Below are positions 18,910 through 29,315 of a stretch of 64,000 nt of DNA, in pieces. The notes under the pieces were generated by a model that saw nothing but the letters and a program-made list of their open reading frames with translations, searched no databases and had not been told where the DNA came from. A program made the translations under genes and the position numbers. The DNA is from Alphaproteobacteria bacterium (lineage in GTDB: Bacteria; Pseudomonadota; Alphaproteobacteria; GCA-2731375). The stretch's first letter is position 1, and every line of letters begins with the position of its first letter. The stretch covers positions 192,001-256,000 of the forward strand of contig CBDDBZ010000031.1 in NCBI GenBank assembly GCA_965225945.1, written 5' to 3'.

Positions 18910-19320
18910 ATGCATCTAACGGGTGGCTGCCTCTGCGGCGAAATTCGCTATGAATCGAGCGAGACGCCGATGAATGTGTTCTTTTGTCACTGCGAGGATT
19001 GCCGGCGTTCCGGCGGCAGCCTGCTGCATATGGGCGTGATGGTGCCGCGCGAGGGTTTCGAGATCACCCAGGGCACGCCCACGGCTTACCGTTCGGCGGC
19101 CGACAGCGGGCGCACCATCACCCGGAACTTTTGCGCCACCTGCGGCTCGGGCATCACCAACGAGTTGGAGCACGTGGCGAACGCGGTGGTCATCAAGGCC
19201 GGCACGCTGGACGACCCGAGCGCGATTGCGCCGACCTACGAGGTTTTCGTCGGCGGCCGCTCGCCCTGGGTCTCGACCGACGAAAGGCTGGAGAAATTCG
19301 AGAAGGGCCGTCTCGGTTAA
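18910..19320 (+). CDS. GFA/CENP-V family protein
   Basis: GGCLCG, CHCEDCR, FCATCG. Confidence 0.9.
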   Translation: MHLTGGCLCGEIRYESSETPMNVFFCHCEDCRRSGGSLLHMGVMVPREGFEITQGTPTAYRSAADSGRTITRNFCATCGSGITNELEHVANAVVIKAGTLDDPSAIAPTYEVFVGGRSPWVSTDERLEKFEKGRLG

Positions 19321-20390
19321 GACGCGATCGCACCGTCGGCGCGCCGCGCGCGGGGCCGGGTGTTGAGGCCGGCACGGAGCTCGGCCGCGGTCCAGCCCAA
19401 TTGGCCGTGGCGCCCGATGCCATGGCGAACAAGCGCCGCGTCGGCGAAGCGGCGGATATCGTCCATGTCGAACCAGATCCGGAGCAGGATTCGCTTGCGC
19501 GCCTCCGCTGCCACGACCTCGTGCGCGGCGCGGCCGTGCAGCACGGTGTAATTGTTGCAGAACTGGATGTCGCCCTCGTGGAAGGGAAACTCCAGGCGGT
19601 TCTCGAAGGCGATCTCGTCGACCAGATCGAAGATCGCCTCGTCCTCCGCCGCCATCGGCGCTTCCTTGCGCCGGGCCGCCGAGGTGATCCAGTTTCGGTT
19701 GTAGGGGCACGACACCACGCCGTCGGCTTGGCTGTAAAAGGGCACGAGATAGCCCGAGGTGGCGCTCTCGCCCGCGCCATGTTCGCCCATCCGGTCCCAT
19801 TCGAAACCCCGGTAGAGGCGGGCCAGCGCGTCGGGGCGGCGACGCAGAAGCTCGTTGTGGACGGTGAGGGAGCTGGCCAACCGGCTGGCCGGGTCGTCGG
19901 GCGCCTGGCGGACGCAGAGCAGCGAGACCACGTCCATCAGATCGACGTGGAGCTTCGTTTCCCTGGGCGAGCCGACGCCGCGCGTCCCCTACCGGGGCCG
20001 CCGCGCCCCGTCGGTCACGTAGTGGATCAAGCCACCCTCGCTATTTTGGCTGCGGCCGGTGCCGAGGTGGGCGCAGAGCCCCCAATAGAGGATCTCCAAC
20101 TCCTCGAGGGAATGGCGCTGGACGGGAAAGCCGCGCATCACAGCGAAGCCGCGTCCCTCGCGCAGCTCGGCGGCGAGGCGGGCGAGCCTCGGCGCCAGGT
20201 CGGGAAGCGGAAAATCGGATTTTCCGACATCCACCACTTCGAGGCCGCGGGCGCGGACCCGCGCCAAGGCGCGGCCCAGCTCCGCTCGCTCGCCGTCGTC
20301 CAGCGGGTATTCCCAGGCGCGATCGCTCTCCAGCTCAGGCCCGCGCCAGGCGCTGGCGTGGTCGATGTGGCGGCTATGAATTTCCGTCAT
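19317..20390 (-). pseudogene. TauD/TfdA (CAS-like) Fe(II)/2OG dioxygenase with in-frame TAG at 19989-19991
   Basis: AWRG, GRGF.VMRG, HVD facial motif, GDIQFCNN..VLHGR, R.LLRIW; both halves in the same frame. Confidence 0.85.
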
Positions 20391-20497
20391 GTCGCTCTCC
20401 CGCGCCCCTCTCGGCGCCGGCGCGGCGATTGCGCGCGCCGCGCCGTTGCCGCATCATCGCCGGACGCATCCCGCGTGACAATCGGAGGGAGGAGAAG

Positions 20498-21136
20498 ATG
20501 GCGAAACCGGTTCTGCACGGCCCCGGCTACAGCACCTATGTGCGCACGGCGCGCCTGGCACTGGAGGAGAAGGGCGTCGATTATGACCTGAACGAGATCA
20601 ACTTCATCGCCGACGGGATCCCGGACGACCACCTGGCGCGCCATCCCTTCGGCAAGGTGCCGGCCTTGAGCCACGGCGACTTCGAGGTTTACGAGACCGT
20701 GGCAATCGCGCGTTATATCGACGAGGCCTTCGACGGCCCCGCGCTGCAACCCTCGGACGCGGCCGGCCGGGCGCGGATGACCCAGGTGAGCGCCATCCTC
20801 GACAGCTACACTTACCCGACGGCGATCACCGGCGTCTTCATCCAGCGCGCGGTGATGCCGATGATCGGTGGCGAAACGGACAAGGCGGCGATCAGCGCGG
20901 CGCTGCCCGAGGCGGCCAAGGCCATGGGCGTGCTGAACGAGATGCTGGGCGAGCGCGACTATCTGGTGGGCGACGGCCTCACCATCGCCGACCTGCATCT
21001 GGTACCGATCTACGATTATTTTCGCCAGACCCCGGAAGGCGAGGGCGTGCTGGCCGAGACCCCGGCGCTCCGGCGCTGGTGGGACACCATGAGCCAGCGG
21101 GCCTCGGTGAACGCGACGACGCCGCAACTGGGCTGA
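20498..21136 (+). CDS. Glutathione S-transferase
   Basis: STYVR, HPFGKVP, YETVAI, TIADL. Confidence 0.92.
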   Translation: MAKPVLHGPGYSTYVRTARLALEEKGVDYDLNEINFIADGIPDDHLARHPFGKVPALSHGDFEVYETVAIARYIDEAFDGPALQPSDAAGRARMTQVSAILDSYTYPTAITGVFIQRAVMPMIGGETDKAAISAALPEAAKAMGVLNEMLGERDYLVGDGLTIADLHLVPIYDYFRQTPEGEGVLAETPALRRWWDTMSQRASVNATTPQLG

Positions 21137-21340
21137 TACCGGGGCGCCACGCTTCCGTAGCCTGGCGCAGGGTCAAATTCGCGTTGCGGCCCCCTGCGGG
21201 CCGACCTATTCTCGAAGCGGGAGAGGGACCGGTCCACCATTGGACGTCGCTCCCGGGGAGGCGCGTTGGCGTCAGGGCATTGTCGGGGGTCCGGCAAGGC
21301 GGAATGCCGGAGGACCGGCAATAGGGAAAGGATCGAAAAA

Positions 21341-22927
21341 ATGAGCTTTGGGAAAGCGCTGCTCGGCGCCCTGGCCGCGGTGCTGCTGGCGACGCCGTCG
21401 TTGGCGGCGGAAACCACCTTGGTGGTCGGCCTGAAGGCGGAGCCGTCGTCGATCGACCCGCACTATCACAACCTCGGCCCGAACAACTCGATGGCGACGC
21501 ACATTTTCTCGCGCCTGATCGAGCAGGACGCGAAGCAGCGCCTGACGCCGGGCCTGGCGACCTCGTGGAAGGCGATCAACGACACCACCTGGGAGTTCAA
21601 GCTGCGTAAGGGCGTAAAATTCACCGACGGCTCGGCCTTCGATGCCGACGACGTTCTCTTCACCGCCGAGCGGGCGCCCAACGTCCCCGCTTCGCCGTCG
21701 AGCTTCGGCATCTACCTCAAGGGCAAGACTTTCAAGAAGATCGATTCCCACACCGTGCAGATCTCGACCGCTCGCCCGCACCCGTTGATGCCGGTGGAGA
21801 TGTCCAACATTCACATCATCTCCAACGAGGTCGGCGACAAGGTCTCCACCTCCGACTTCAATTCCGGCAAGGCGGCACACGGCACCGGACCCTTCAAGTT
21901 CGTCGAGTGGGTGCCGAACGATCGGCTGGTGCTGGAGCGCAACGAAGATTATTTCGGCGAGAAGCCGGAATGGAAGAAGGTGATCTTCAAGCCGATCAAA
22001 TCCGGCCCGTCCCGCGTCGCGGCGCTGCTGGCGGGTGACGTCGACTTCATCGACAACGTACCGCCGATCGACATCGCGCGGCTGAAGAAGGAAGCCGGCG
22101 TGCAGTTGAGCCAGGGCATCTCCAACCGGGTGATCTACCTGCACATGGACCAGTTCCGCGAGGATTCGCCCTTCGTCAAGGCCAAGGGCGGCGGCAAGAT
22201 CAAGAACCCGCTGCTCGACGCCCGGGTGCGCAAGGCGCTCTCCATGGCGATCAACCGCGACGCCATCGTCGATCGGGTGATGGAAGGCGTTGCCATCAAG
22301 GCGGGCCAGCTTCTGCCCGAGGGCTTCTTCGCCGTCTCGTCGAAGCTGAAGCCCGAGGCTTACGATACCGCCGGAGCCAAGAAGTTGCTGGCCGAGGCCG
22401 GTTACGGCGATGGCTTCGAGATGACCATCCACGGACCCAACGACCGCTATATCAACGATGCGAAGATCGCCGAGGCGGTGGCCCAGATGATGAGCCGGAT
22501 CGGCATCAAGACCGCCGTCGAGACGATGCCGAAGGCGGTCTATTTCAAGCGCGCCAGCCGCGGCGGGCCAAACAAATCGCCGGAGTTCAGCTTCATCCTG
22601 GTGGGTTGGGGCTCGGGCACGGGCGAGCCGTCCTCGCCGCTGAAGTCGCTGCTGCACACTTACGATAAATCGAAGGGCTTCGGTTCCTCGAACCGCGGAC
22701 GTCACTCCGACGGGGAAATCGACAGGCTGATCGAGGATGCGCTGGCGACGGTCGACGACGACAAGCGGAGCGCCTTGCTGCAGAAGGCGACGGAGCTCGG
22801 CATCGGCCGCAATCAGGGGATCATTCCGCTGCACTACCAGGTGAACACCTGGGCCGGCAAGAAGGGTCTGGTCTACGAGGCCAGGACCGACGAGCGGACG
22901 ATGGCCATGGGCGTGCATAGCCAGTAA
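21341..22927 (+). CDS. Dpp/Opp ABC transporter substrate-binding protein
   Basis: Signal peptide, LATSW, FKLRKGVKF.DG, GTGPF. Confidence 0.92.
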   Translation: MSFGKALLGALAAVLLATPSLAAETTLVVGLKAEPSSIDPHYHNLGPNNSMATHIFSRLIEQDAKQRLTPGLATSWKAINDTTWEFKLRKGVKFTDGSAFDADDVLFTAERAPNVPASPSSFGIYLKGKTFKKIDSHTVQISTARPHPLMPVEMSNIHIISNEVGDKVSTSDFNSGKAAHGTGPFKFVEWVPNDRLVLERNEDYFGEKPEWKKVIFKPIKSGPSRVAALLAGDVDFIDNVPPIDIARLKKEAGVQLSQGISNRVIYLHMDQFREDSPFVKAKGGGKIKNPLLDARVRKALSMAINRDAIVDRVMEGVAIKAGQLLPEGFFAVSSKLKPEAYDTAGAKKLLAEAGYGDGFEMTIHGPNDRYINDAKIAEAVAQMMSRIGIKTAVETMPKAVYFKRASRGGPNKSPEFSFILVGWGSGTGEPSSPLKSLLHTYDKSKGFGSSNRGRHSDGEIDRLIEDALATVDDDKRSALLQKATELGIGRNQGIIPLHYQVNTWAGKKGLVYEARTDERTMAMGVHSQ

Positions 22928-23002
22928 CCCTCGACGCGTTCCCGGGCGGAGCGCTTTCCCCGCCCGGGGCAGCCGTTCGGACAAGCTCTCGGGAGAGGCG
23001 CC

Positions 23003-23980
23003 ATCTCCGTCTTCGTGATCCGCCGCTTGCTGCAGAGTTCGATCGTCGTCGTGGTGATGTCGCTGCTGGTCTTCATCGGCGTCAACCTGGTCGGCGATCC
23101 GGTGGACATGCTGATCAATCCGGAGGCTGACCAGGCCGAGATCGAGCGCGTCATCCGCGACCTCGGGCTCGACCGGCCGGTGCACGAGCAGTACGGCTAC
23201 TTCGTCGTCAACGCGCTGCAGGGCAATCTGGGAAAGTCGTTCATCTATGGCGAGCCGGCTTTGTGGCTGATCGTGCAGCACATTCCGGCGACCCTGGAGC
23301 TGGCGGTGGCGGCGCTGCTGATGGCGATCGTCTTCGGCATCCCGCTCGGCGTCTACGCCGGCTTGAACCCGGAGTCCAAGACCGCCAAGACGATCATGGC
23401 GGGCTCGATCCTGGGCTTCAGCCTGCCGACCTTCTGGGTCGGCATCATGATGATCATGATCTTCGCGGTGCAGCTCGGAATCCTGCCCTCGACCGGGCGG
23501 GGCGAAACGGTCGAGGTGGCGGGCATCCATATGAGCTTCCTCACCGCCGACGGGCTTTCGCACCTCTTGCTGCCGGCGCTCAATCTCGCATTATTCAAGA
23601 TTTCCCTGGTGATCCGGCTGGCCCGCGCCGGCACCCGCGAGATCGTGCATCAGGACTACATCAAGTTCGCCCGGGCCAAGGGCCTGCGTCAGGGCCGCAT
23701 CATCATGGTGCATCTGATGAAGAACATCATGATCCCGGTGGTGACGGTGCTGGGGCTGGAGTTCGGCGGCCTGGTCGCCTTCTCGACGGTGACCGAGACG
23801 GTGTTCGCCTGGCCGGGCATGGGCAAGCTGATCATCGACTCGATCCACAACCTCGACCGGCCGGTGGTGGTGGCCTATCTGATGATCGTCGTACTGCTCT
23901 TCGTCACCATCAATCTGGTGGTCGACATCCTCTATTCCGTGCTCGATCCCCGAGTGCGCCTGCGGGACCAGAAAGCATGA
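23003..23980 (+). CDS. Dpp/Opp ABC permease (DppB-like); start ATC 23003 or GTG 23015
   Basis: IRRLLQ, GNLGKS, DYIKFARAKG, ETVFAWPGMG, LDPR. Confidence 0.9.
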   Translation: MSVFVIRRLLQSSIVVVVMSLLVFIGVNLVGDPVDMLINPEADQAEIERVIRDLGLDRPVHEQYGYFVVNALQGNLGKSFIYGEPALWLIVQHIPATLELAVAALLMAIVFGIPLGVYAGLNPESKTAKTIMAGSILGFSLPTFWVGIMMIMIFAVQLGILPSTGRGETVEVAGIHMSFLTADGLSHLLLPALNLALFKISLVIRLARAGTREIVHQDYIKFARAKGLRQGRIIMVHLMKNIMIPVVTVLGLEFGGLVAFSTVTETVFAWPGMGKLIIDSIHNLDRPVVVAYLMIVVLLFVTINLVVDILYSVLDPRVRLRDQKA

Positions 23981-24909
23981 CTGCCGAGGTCCACGAACGC
24001 CTGCCCGCGATCGAGGCGGCGGCGCCCAAGGCCGGCGTCGAGACGCCGTTCCGCCGCTTCGTCTCCGACTACACCGACAGCCGCCTGGCAACGGGCGCCG
24101 TGGTTTTCTTTCTGCTGATCGCCCTGATCGCCGTCCTCGCGCCGTGGCTGGCGCCGACCGATCCTTATGATTTGGCGCAGGTGAGCGTGCTCGATTCCAA
24201 CCTGCCGCCGGGCACCGAGAGCGCCCAGGGCACGACCTTCTGGCTGGGCACCGACGGCGCCGGCCGGGATCTCTTGAGCGCGATCATGTACGGGCTCCGC
24301 ATCTCGCTCGGCGTCGGCGTCGCCAGCGGCCTGATCGCCATGACCATCGGCTGCGTCGTCGGTCTGACGGCGGCCTATGTCGGCGGGCGGACCGACAGCG
24401 TGGTCATGCGCATCGTCGACATCCAGTTGAGCTTCCCGGCCATTCTGGTGGCGCTGATCTTGCTGGCGATCCTGGGCAAGGGGGTCGACAAGATCGTGAT
24501 CGCGCTGGTCTGCGTGCAATGGGCCTATTACGCCCGCACGGTCAGGGCGAGCGCGCTGGTCGAGCGGAGCAAGGAATACGTCGAGGCGGCGACCTGCCTC
24601 GCCCTCGGGCACCGGCGGATCGTCTTCCGCCATATCCTGCCGAACTGCCTGCCGCCGATGATCGTGGTGGTGACGTTGCAGACCGCGCACGCGATTTCGC
24701 TGGAGGCGACGCTGAGCTTCCTCGGCGTCGGGCTGCCGATCACCGAGCCCTCGCTTGGCCTGCTGATCGCCAACGGCTTCGATTACATGCTGAGCCACAA
24801 GTATTGGATTTCGATCTTCCCCGGCGTCGCCCTGCTGTTCACCATCGTCACCATCAACCTGGTCGGCGATCAGTTGCGCGACGTGCTGAACCCGCGTCTG
24901 CAAAGGTGA
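23977..24909 (+). CDS. Dpp/Opp ABC permease (DppC-like)
   Basis: LGTDGAGRD, EYVEAA, HILPN, LSFLG. Confidence 0.92.
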   Translation: MTAEVHERLPAIEAAAPKAGVETPFRRFVSDYTDSRLATGAVVFFLLIALIAVLAPWLAPTDPYDLAQVSVLDSNLPPGTESAQGTTFWLGTDGAGRDLLSAIMYGLRISLGVGVASGLIAMTIGCVVGLTAAYVGGRTDSVVMRIVDIQLSFPAILVALILLAILGKGVDKIVIALVCVQWAYYARTVRASALVERSKEYVEAATCLALGHRRIVFRHILPNCLPPMIVVVTLQTAHAISLEATLSFLGVGLPITEPSLGLLIANGFDYMLSHKYWISIFPGVALLFTIVTINLVGDQLRDVLNPRLQR

Positions 24910-25910
24910 CGTTGAACCAACCGACAAAAACTCCGGCCGCCCCGACGCTCGAGGTCCGCGATCTCAGGACCCATTTCCTGACCAAGGCGGGCGCGGTGAA
25001 GGCCGTCGACGGCATCAGTTTCGAGGTCACCAAGGGCCGGATCCTGGGCCTGGTGGGGGAATCTGGTTGCGGCAAGTCGGTTACCGGCTTCTCCATCCTC
25101 GGCCTCGTCGATCCGCCCGGCCGGGTGGTCGGCGGCGAGATCCGCTTCAACGGCGAGAACCTGCTGGGGCTCGACGACGAGCGGATGCGCCAGCTCCGCG
25201 GCAACCGCATCGCGATGATCTTCCAGGATCCGATGATGACGCTCAATCCGGTGCTCAGGATCGACACCCAAATGGTCGAGACCGTGCGGGCGCACTACGA
25301 CGTCGACCGGGCGAGCGCGCTGGAGCGCGCCCGCGAGACGCTGGGGCGCGTCGGCATCCCCTCGCCCGAGGAGCGGCTCCACGCCTACCCGCATCAGTTC
25401 TCGGGCGGCATGCGTCAACGGGTCGCCATCGCCATCGCGCTGCTGAACGAGCCGGACCTGATCATCGCTGACGAGCCGACCACGGCGCTCGACGTCACGA
25501 TTCAGGGCCAGATCCTGTTCGAGGCGCAGAAGCTCTGCCGCGAGAGCGGGACGGCGATGATCTGGATCACCCACGATCTCGCCGTCGTCGCCGGCCTGGC
25601 GGACGAGATCTGCGTGATGTACGCCGGGCGCATCGTCGAGAAGGGCACCGTCGACGAGGTATTGGACCGCCCGATCCATCCCTATACCCGTGGCCTGATC
25701 GGCTCGGTGCCGAGCCACAACAGCCGGGGCGGCCGGCTGTCCCAGATACCGGGGATGACGCCCTCGTTGCTGAACCTGCCGCCCGGCTGCGCCTTCCGCG
25801 AGCGCTGCCCCCGCGCCGACGAGGCCTGCCTGGTCGAGCCCGAAATCACGATTCCGGCACACCGCCGGGAGGTCCGTTGTTTCCATCCCCACCTGGAGGC
25901 GAGGCCATGA
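24906..25910 (+). CDS. Dpp/Opp ABC ATPase (DppD-like)
   Basis: GESGCGKS, FSGGMRQR, DEPTTALD, C-terminal Cys cluster. Confidence 0.93.
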   Translation: MTLNQPTKTPAAPTLEVRDLRTHFLTKAGAVKAVDGISFEVTKGRILGLVGESGCGKSVTGFSILGLVDPPGRVVGGEIRFNGENLLGLDDERMRQLRGNRIAMIFQDPMMTLNPVLRIDTQMVETVRAHYDVDRASALERARETLGRVGIPSPEERLHAYPHQFSGGMRQRVAIAIALLNEPDLIIADEPTTALDVTIQGQILFEAQKLCRESGTAMIWITHDLAVVAGLADEICVMYAGRIVEKGTVDEVLDRPIHPYTRGLIGSVPSHNSRGGRLSQIPGMTPSLLNLPPGCAFRERCPRADEACLVEPEITIPAHRREVRCFHPHLEARP

Positions 25911-26917
25911 GCGCGCCGGTGGCGATGATCGAGACCCGCCATGTGGTCAAGCGCTTCGTCAAGACGCTGGATCTCGCGGGCCGAATTGCCTCAGCTCTCG
26001 GCGCCGACGTCACCGAAGAGGTGGTGCATGCGGTGGATGACGTCTCGATCCGGGTGCGCCGGGGCGAGGTGGTCGGCCTGGTGGGCGAGTCCGGTTGCGG
26101 CAAGTCGACGCTCGGGCGGATGATCGCCGGCATCCTGGCGCCGAGCGAGGGCGCGGTGCTGCACGAGGGCCGCGAGGTGGCGGGTCTGGAGGGCCGCGAG
26201 GCGCGCGAGGTCGCGCTCAAGGTGCAGATGATTTTCCAGGACCCCTTCGCCTCGCTGAACCCCCGGATGCGGGTGGCGGACATCGTCGGCGAGGCGCCTC
26301 GGGCGCACGGTATCGTCGAGAAGGCGGCGCTGGCTGATTATGTCGACGACGTCTTGCGCCGGGTCGGTCTCGACCCGGCGTTCAAGCGGCGCTACCCGCA
26401 CCAGTTCTCGGGCGGCCAGCGCCAACGCATCGGCATCGCCCGGGCGCTTGCGGTGAAGCCCGAATTCCTGGTCTGCGACGAGGCGATCGCCGCGCTCGAC
26501 GTCTCGATCCAGGCCCAGGTGTTGAATCTGTTCATGGACCTGCGCGAGGATCTCGATCTCACCTATCTCTTCATCAGCCACGATCTTTCGGTGGTCGAGC
26601 ACATCTCGGACCGCGTGGTGATCATGTATTTGGGCCGCGTCGTCGAGATCGCGGGAACCGAGGCGCTGTTCGAGGCCCCGAACCATCCCTATACCCGGGC
26701 GCTCCTGGCCGAGGTGCCGAAGCTCGACCTCCGCCGCCGCGACTACGAGCCGGTGAAGGGCGAGATTCCCTCGCCGCTGAACCCGCCCACGGGCTGTCAT
26801 TTCCATCCCCGCTGCCCCCGGGCGGGACCGCGATGTAGCTTCGAGGCGCCGGCGCTGATCGAAATCGGCGACGAACGCTGGTCCGCCTGCCACCTGAACG
26901 ACGGCGGCGTCGGCTGA
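25907..26917 (+). CDS. Dpp/Opp ABC ATPase (DppF-like)
   Basis: GESGCGKS, FSGGQRQR, GCHFHPRC. Confidence 0.93.
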   Translation: MSAPVAMIETRHVVKRFVKTLDLAGRIASALGADVTEEVVHAVDDVSIRVRRGEVVGLVGESGCGKSTLGRMIAGILAPSEGAVLHEGREVAGLEGREAREVALKVQMIFQDPFASLNPRMRVADIVGEAPRAHGIVEKAALADYVDDVLRRVGLDPAFKRRYPHQFSGGQRQRIGIARALAVKPEFLVCDEAIAALDVSIQAQVLNLFMDLREDLDLTYLFISHDLSVVEHISDRVVIMYLGRVVEIAGTEALFEAPNHPYTRALLAEVPKLDLRRRDYEPVKGEIPSPLNPPTGCHFHPRCPRAGPRCSFEAPALIEIGDERWSACHLNDGGVG

Positions 26918-27013
26918 CGCCACGGCCGTCCAGCGCCGCGCCGGCCGGCCGGGAGGGGCCGAAGATCACGCCGCCCTGGATCGCGACGCTTCGTTCGGAA
27001 ACGAGCTTCCGGC

Positions 27014-27379
27014 TCATCTCGCCTCGCCCTGGCGCTCAATCCGGCGCAGGAGATCGCTGATCAGCTCTGCCGGCAGGCCGTCGATCCGTTCCGCCAGTCG
27101 GTTGGCCAGCAACGTCGCCTCGGGCGTGAGGCCGGCGGTGTCCAACACCACCCGGGGGTGCGAGAGCCGCGCCAGCTCGCGCACCTCGTCGGCCTCGTCC
27201 CAGATGATGTTGAAATAAGCGCAGATCTGGTCGACCAGGATCGGCGAGGCGCGGCCCCGGTGACCGTGCTCCAGCGCCGAAAGATAGGCCGGCGAGAGCT
27301 GCAGCTCGCGCGCCATGTCCTTCAGCCTGACACCCTTGGCCCGGCGCAGCTCGCGAACCTTGCGCCCAAAGGGGGTCAC
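27014..27379 (-). CDS. XRE-family HTH regulator
   Basis: TPFG..R.LR...MA..L.LSPAYLSALEHG; usual neighbour of smr in alphaproteobacteria. Confidence 0.88.
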   Translation of the reverse strand: MTPFGRKVRELRRAKGVRLKDMARELQLSPAYLSALEHGHRGRASPILVDQICAYFNIIWDEADEVRELARLSHPRVVLDTAGLTPEATLLANRLAERIDGLPAELISDLLRRIERQGEAR

Positions 27380-28239
27380 GTGTCCTCTCCGAGGAAATCC
27401 AGCAGCATCTCGAGCAGCCGCTCCGGCGCCTCCTCCGCGAGCCAATGGCCGGCGCCCGCCACCGAGCCGCCGCGAACGTCGGTGGCGACACGTTCGAGGG
27501 AGTCCCGGCACAGCTCGCCCCGCCCCATGCCCTCGGCGCCGCCGAGCGCCAGCACCGGCATCGCCAACTTGCGCTCGGCGATCGAGGCGACGTTGTCGGC
27601 GATGTCCTGGGGGATGGCGCGGTAATAGGCGAAACCGGCCACCATGGCGCCGGGTTGGCTATAGCAACGGAGGTATTCCGCCACCGCGTCTTCGGGAACC
27701 ACGCCCGGCCGGGCCCCGAAAGAATCGTAAAAGTAATTGAGATAGGCCTCTTCGCGGCCCTCGGTCAGGATCTCGGGCAACTCGGGCGTCCGGTGGAAGC
27801 CGTGATGCCAGCGCCCGCCCGAGGTCGAGAACAGCTCGGAGCCGTCGCCCGGAATCATCACGTCGAGGATCGCCAGCCGCCGCACCGCGTCCGAATGGTC
27901 CCATGCCAGCCGATAAGCGACCGGGCCGCCCCAGTCGTGCCCGACCAGGGAAAATCGCTCGATTCCCAAATGCTCGCTCGAGAGGCGCCAGATATCTCCC
28001 GCCACGGTCTTCTTGTCATAGCCGCCCGGGGGTCGACTGGAATCGCCCAGGCCCCGCATGTCGGGGGCGACGACCCAGTAGCGTTCGGCCAGCCTCGCCA
28101 TGATCGCTCGCCACTCGTACCAGGTCTGCGGGAAGCCGTGCAGCAGGACCACGACCTCCGGCCCCTCGCCACACTCGACATAGTGCAGCTCCACCTCGCC
28201 CAAATCGGCCCGATGGTGAGAGAAGTCCGCGCCGGTCAT
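27376..28239 (-). CDS. Alpha/beta hydrolase (epoxide hydrolase/dehalogenase-like)
   Basis: LLHGFP, PDMRGLG, GHDWGG, AGHWL.EE. Confidence 0.9.
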   Translation of the reverse strand: MTGADFSHHRADLGEVELHYVECGEGPEVVVLLHGFPQTWYEWRAIMARLAERYWVVAPDMRGLGDSSRPPGGYDKKTVAGDIWRLSSEHLGIERFSLVGHDWGGPVAYRLAWDHSDAVRRLAILDVMIPGDGSELFSTSGGRWHHGFHRTPELPEILTEGREEAYLNYFYDSFGARPGVVPEDAVAEYLRCYSQPGAMVAGFAYYRAIPQDIADNVASIAERKLAMPVLALGGAEGMGRGELCRDSLERVATDVRGGSVAGAGHWLAEEAPERLLEMLLDFLGEDT

Positions 28240-28244
28240 CGCGC

Positions 28245-28721
28245 TCACGCCACCTCGAGGCCGCGGGCGGCATGCCACTCGGTGATCGATTCGTTCGGAT
28301 AGACGGGAAAGCGGTCGTCGCCGTCGGCGCTCTCGACCGGCACCCAATCGGGCTTGAAATCGAGCATGATGTGGACCGTCTCCGCGGCCGGCGGCAGGCC
28401 CTCGTCGATGGCGCTCGCGAAAGGGTGTACCAGCTCCGGCCAGCTCGGCGACCAGACCCAAAGCGCGGAGCCGCAATGGCGGCAGAAGTGGCGGCGATGG
28501 TCGCTCTCGCTCCCGTCTTCCTGGCGGGAGCGATAGATCGAGAGCGCCTCGCGCCCCTCGACGACCAGCGTCTCGTAGCGGCCCATGACGTTAATGGCGT
28601 AGCCGCCGCCGCCCGCCGTCTTGCGGCAGATCGAGCAATAGCAGCGCATGTAGGGCTGCGGCGTCGTGCTCTCGAGCGTGAAGCGGACCACCCCACAGTG
28701 GCAGGAACCCGCGAGTTTCAT
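28245..28721 (-). CDS. GFA family protein
   Basis: GSCHCG, CYCSICRK, FCRHCG. Confidence 0.88.
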   Translation of the reverse strand: MKLAGSCHCGVVRFTLESTTPQPYMRCYCSICRKTAGGGGYAINVMGRYETLVVEGREALSIYRSRQEDGSESDHRRHFCRHCGSALWVWSPSWPELVHPFASAIDEGLPPAAETVHIMLDFKPDWVPVESADGDDRFPVYPNESITEWHAARGLEVA

Positions 28722-28751
28722 CTCTCTCTCCCCGGTGTCGTCGCGGCCATT

Positions 28752-29315
28752 CTACCGCTTGCGGCGCAGCAGCAGGTAAAACGCGCCCTCGCCGCCGTCG
28801 CGCGGGAGCGCGGGGCGTGCCGCCAGGACCTTGCCGGCGAGCGGCGCGGTCGCGAGCCAGCGCGGCAGCTCGCGTTTCAACACGCCCGGCGCGTCCTCGC
28901 CCATCACCGAGTCGGTCTCGCGCCCGGCGCCGCCCTTGCCGGTAATCACCAGGACGCAGCGTTTGCCCGCGGCCTGGCTGGCGAGGACGAAGTGCCCGAG
29001 AGCCTGGTGCGCCTCATCCACCCGGCGGCCGTGGAGGTCGAGGCGGGCCTCGATCTCGAAGCGTCCCTGGGCGAGCCGTTCGGCCGAGCGCCGGTCCAGC
29101 CCGGGGACGGGGGATTTGCGGCTCTCCACCACGACGGACGGCGCCGTCGAGGGCGCGGGCGCGGGTTTGGTTTCGTTCTCCGCGGGTCGCGTCGGCGGCG
29201 GCGGCGGGGCCGGGCGGCGCGGCCTGGCCGAGGCTGGCTTGGCCTTTCGTTCGGCCCGAACCGTCCGCTCGAAGAGTTCGCTCTCGTCGCGCGTCGGCTT
29301 TCGCTCGCCGCTCAT
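28752..29315 (-). CDS. Smr domain protein
   Basis: LDLHG, VLVITGKG, GGEGAFY. Confidence 0.92.
   Translation of the reverse strand: MSGERKPTRDESELFERTVRAERKAKPASARPRRPAPPPPPTRPAENETKPAPAPSTAPSVVVESRKSPVPGLDRRSAERLAQGRFEIEARLDLHGRRVDEAHQALGHFVLASQAAGKRCVLVITGKGGAGRETDSVMGEDAPGVLKRELPRWLATAPLAGKVLAARPALPRDGGEGAFYLLLRRKR

Noticed and set aside
19989-19991. Pyrrolysine or stop-codon reassignment
   Set aside because: Many genes here end in TAG normally; no recoding machinery seen.
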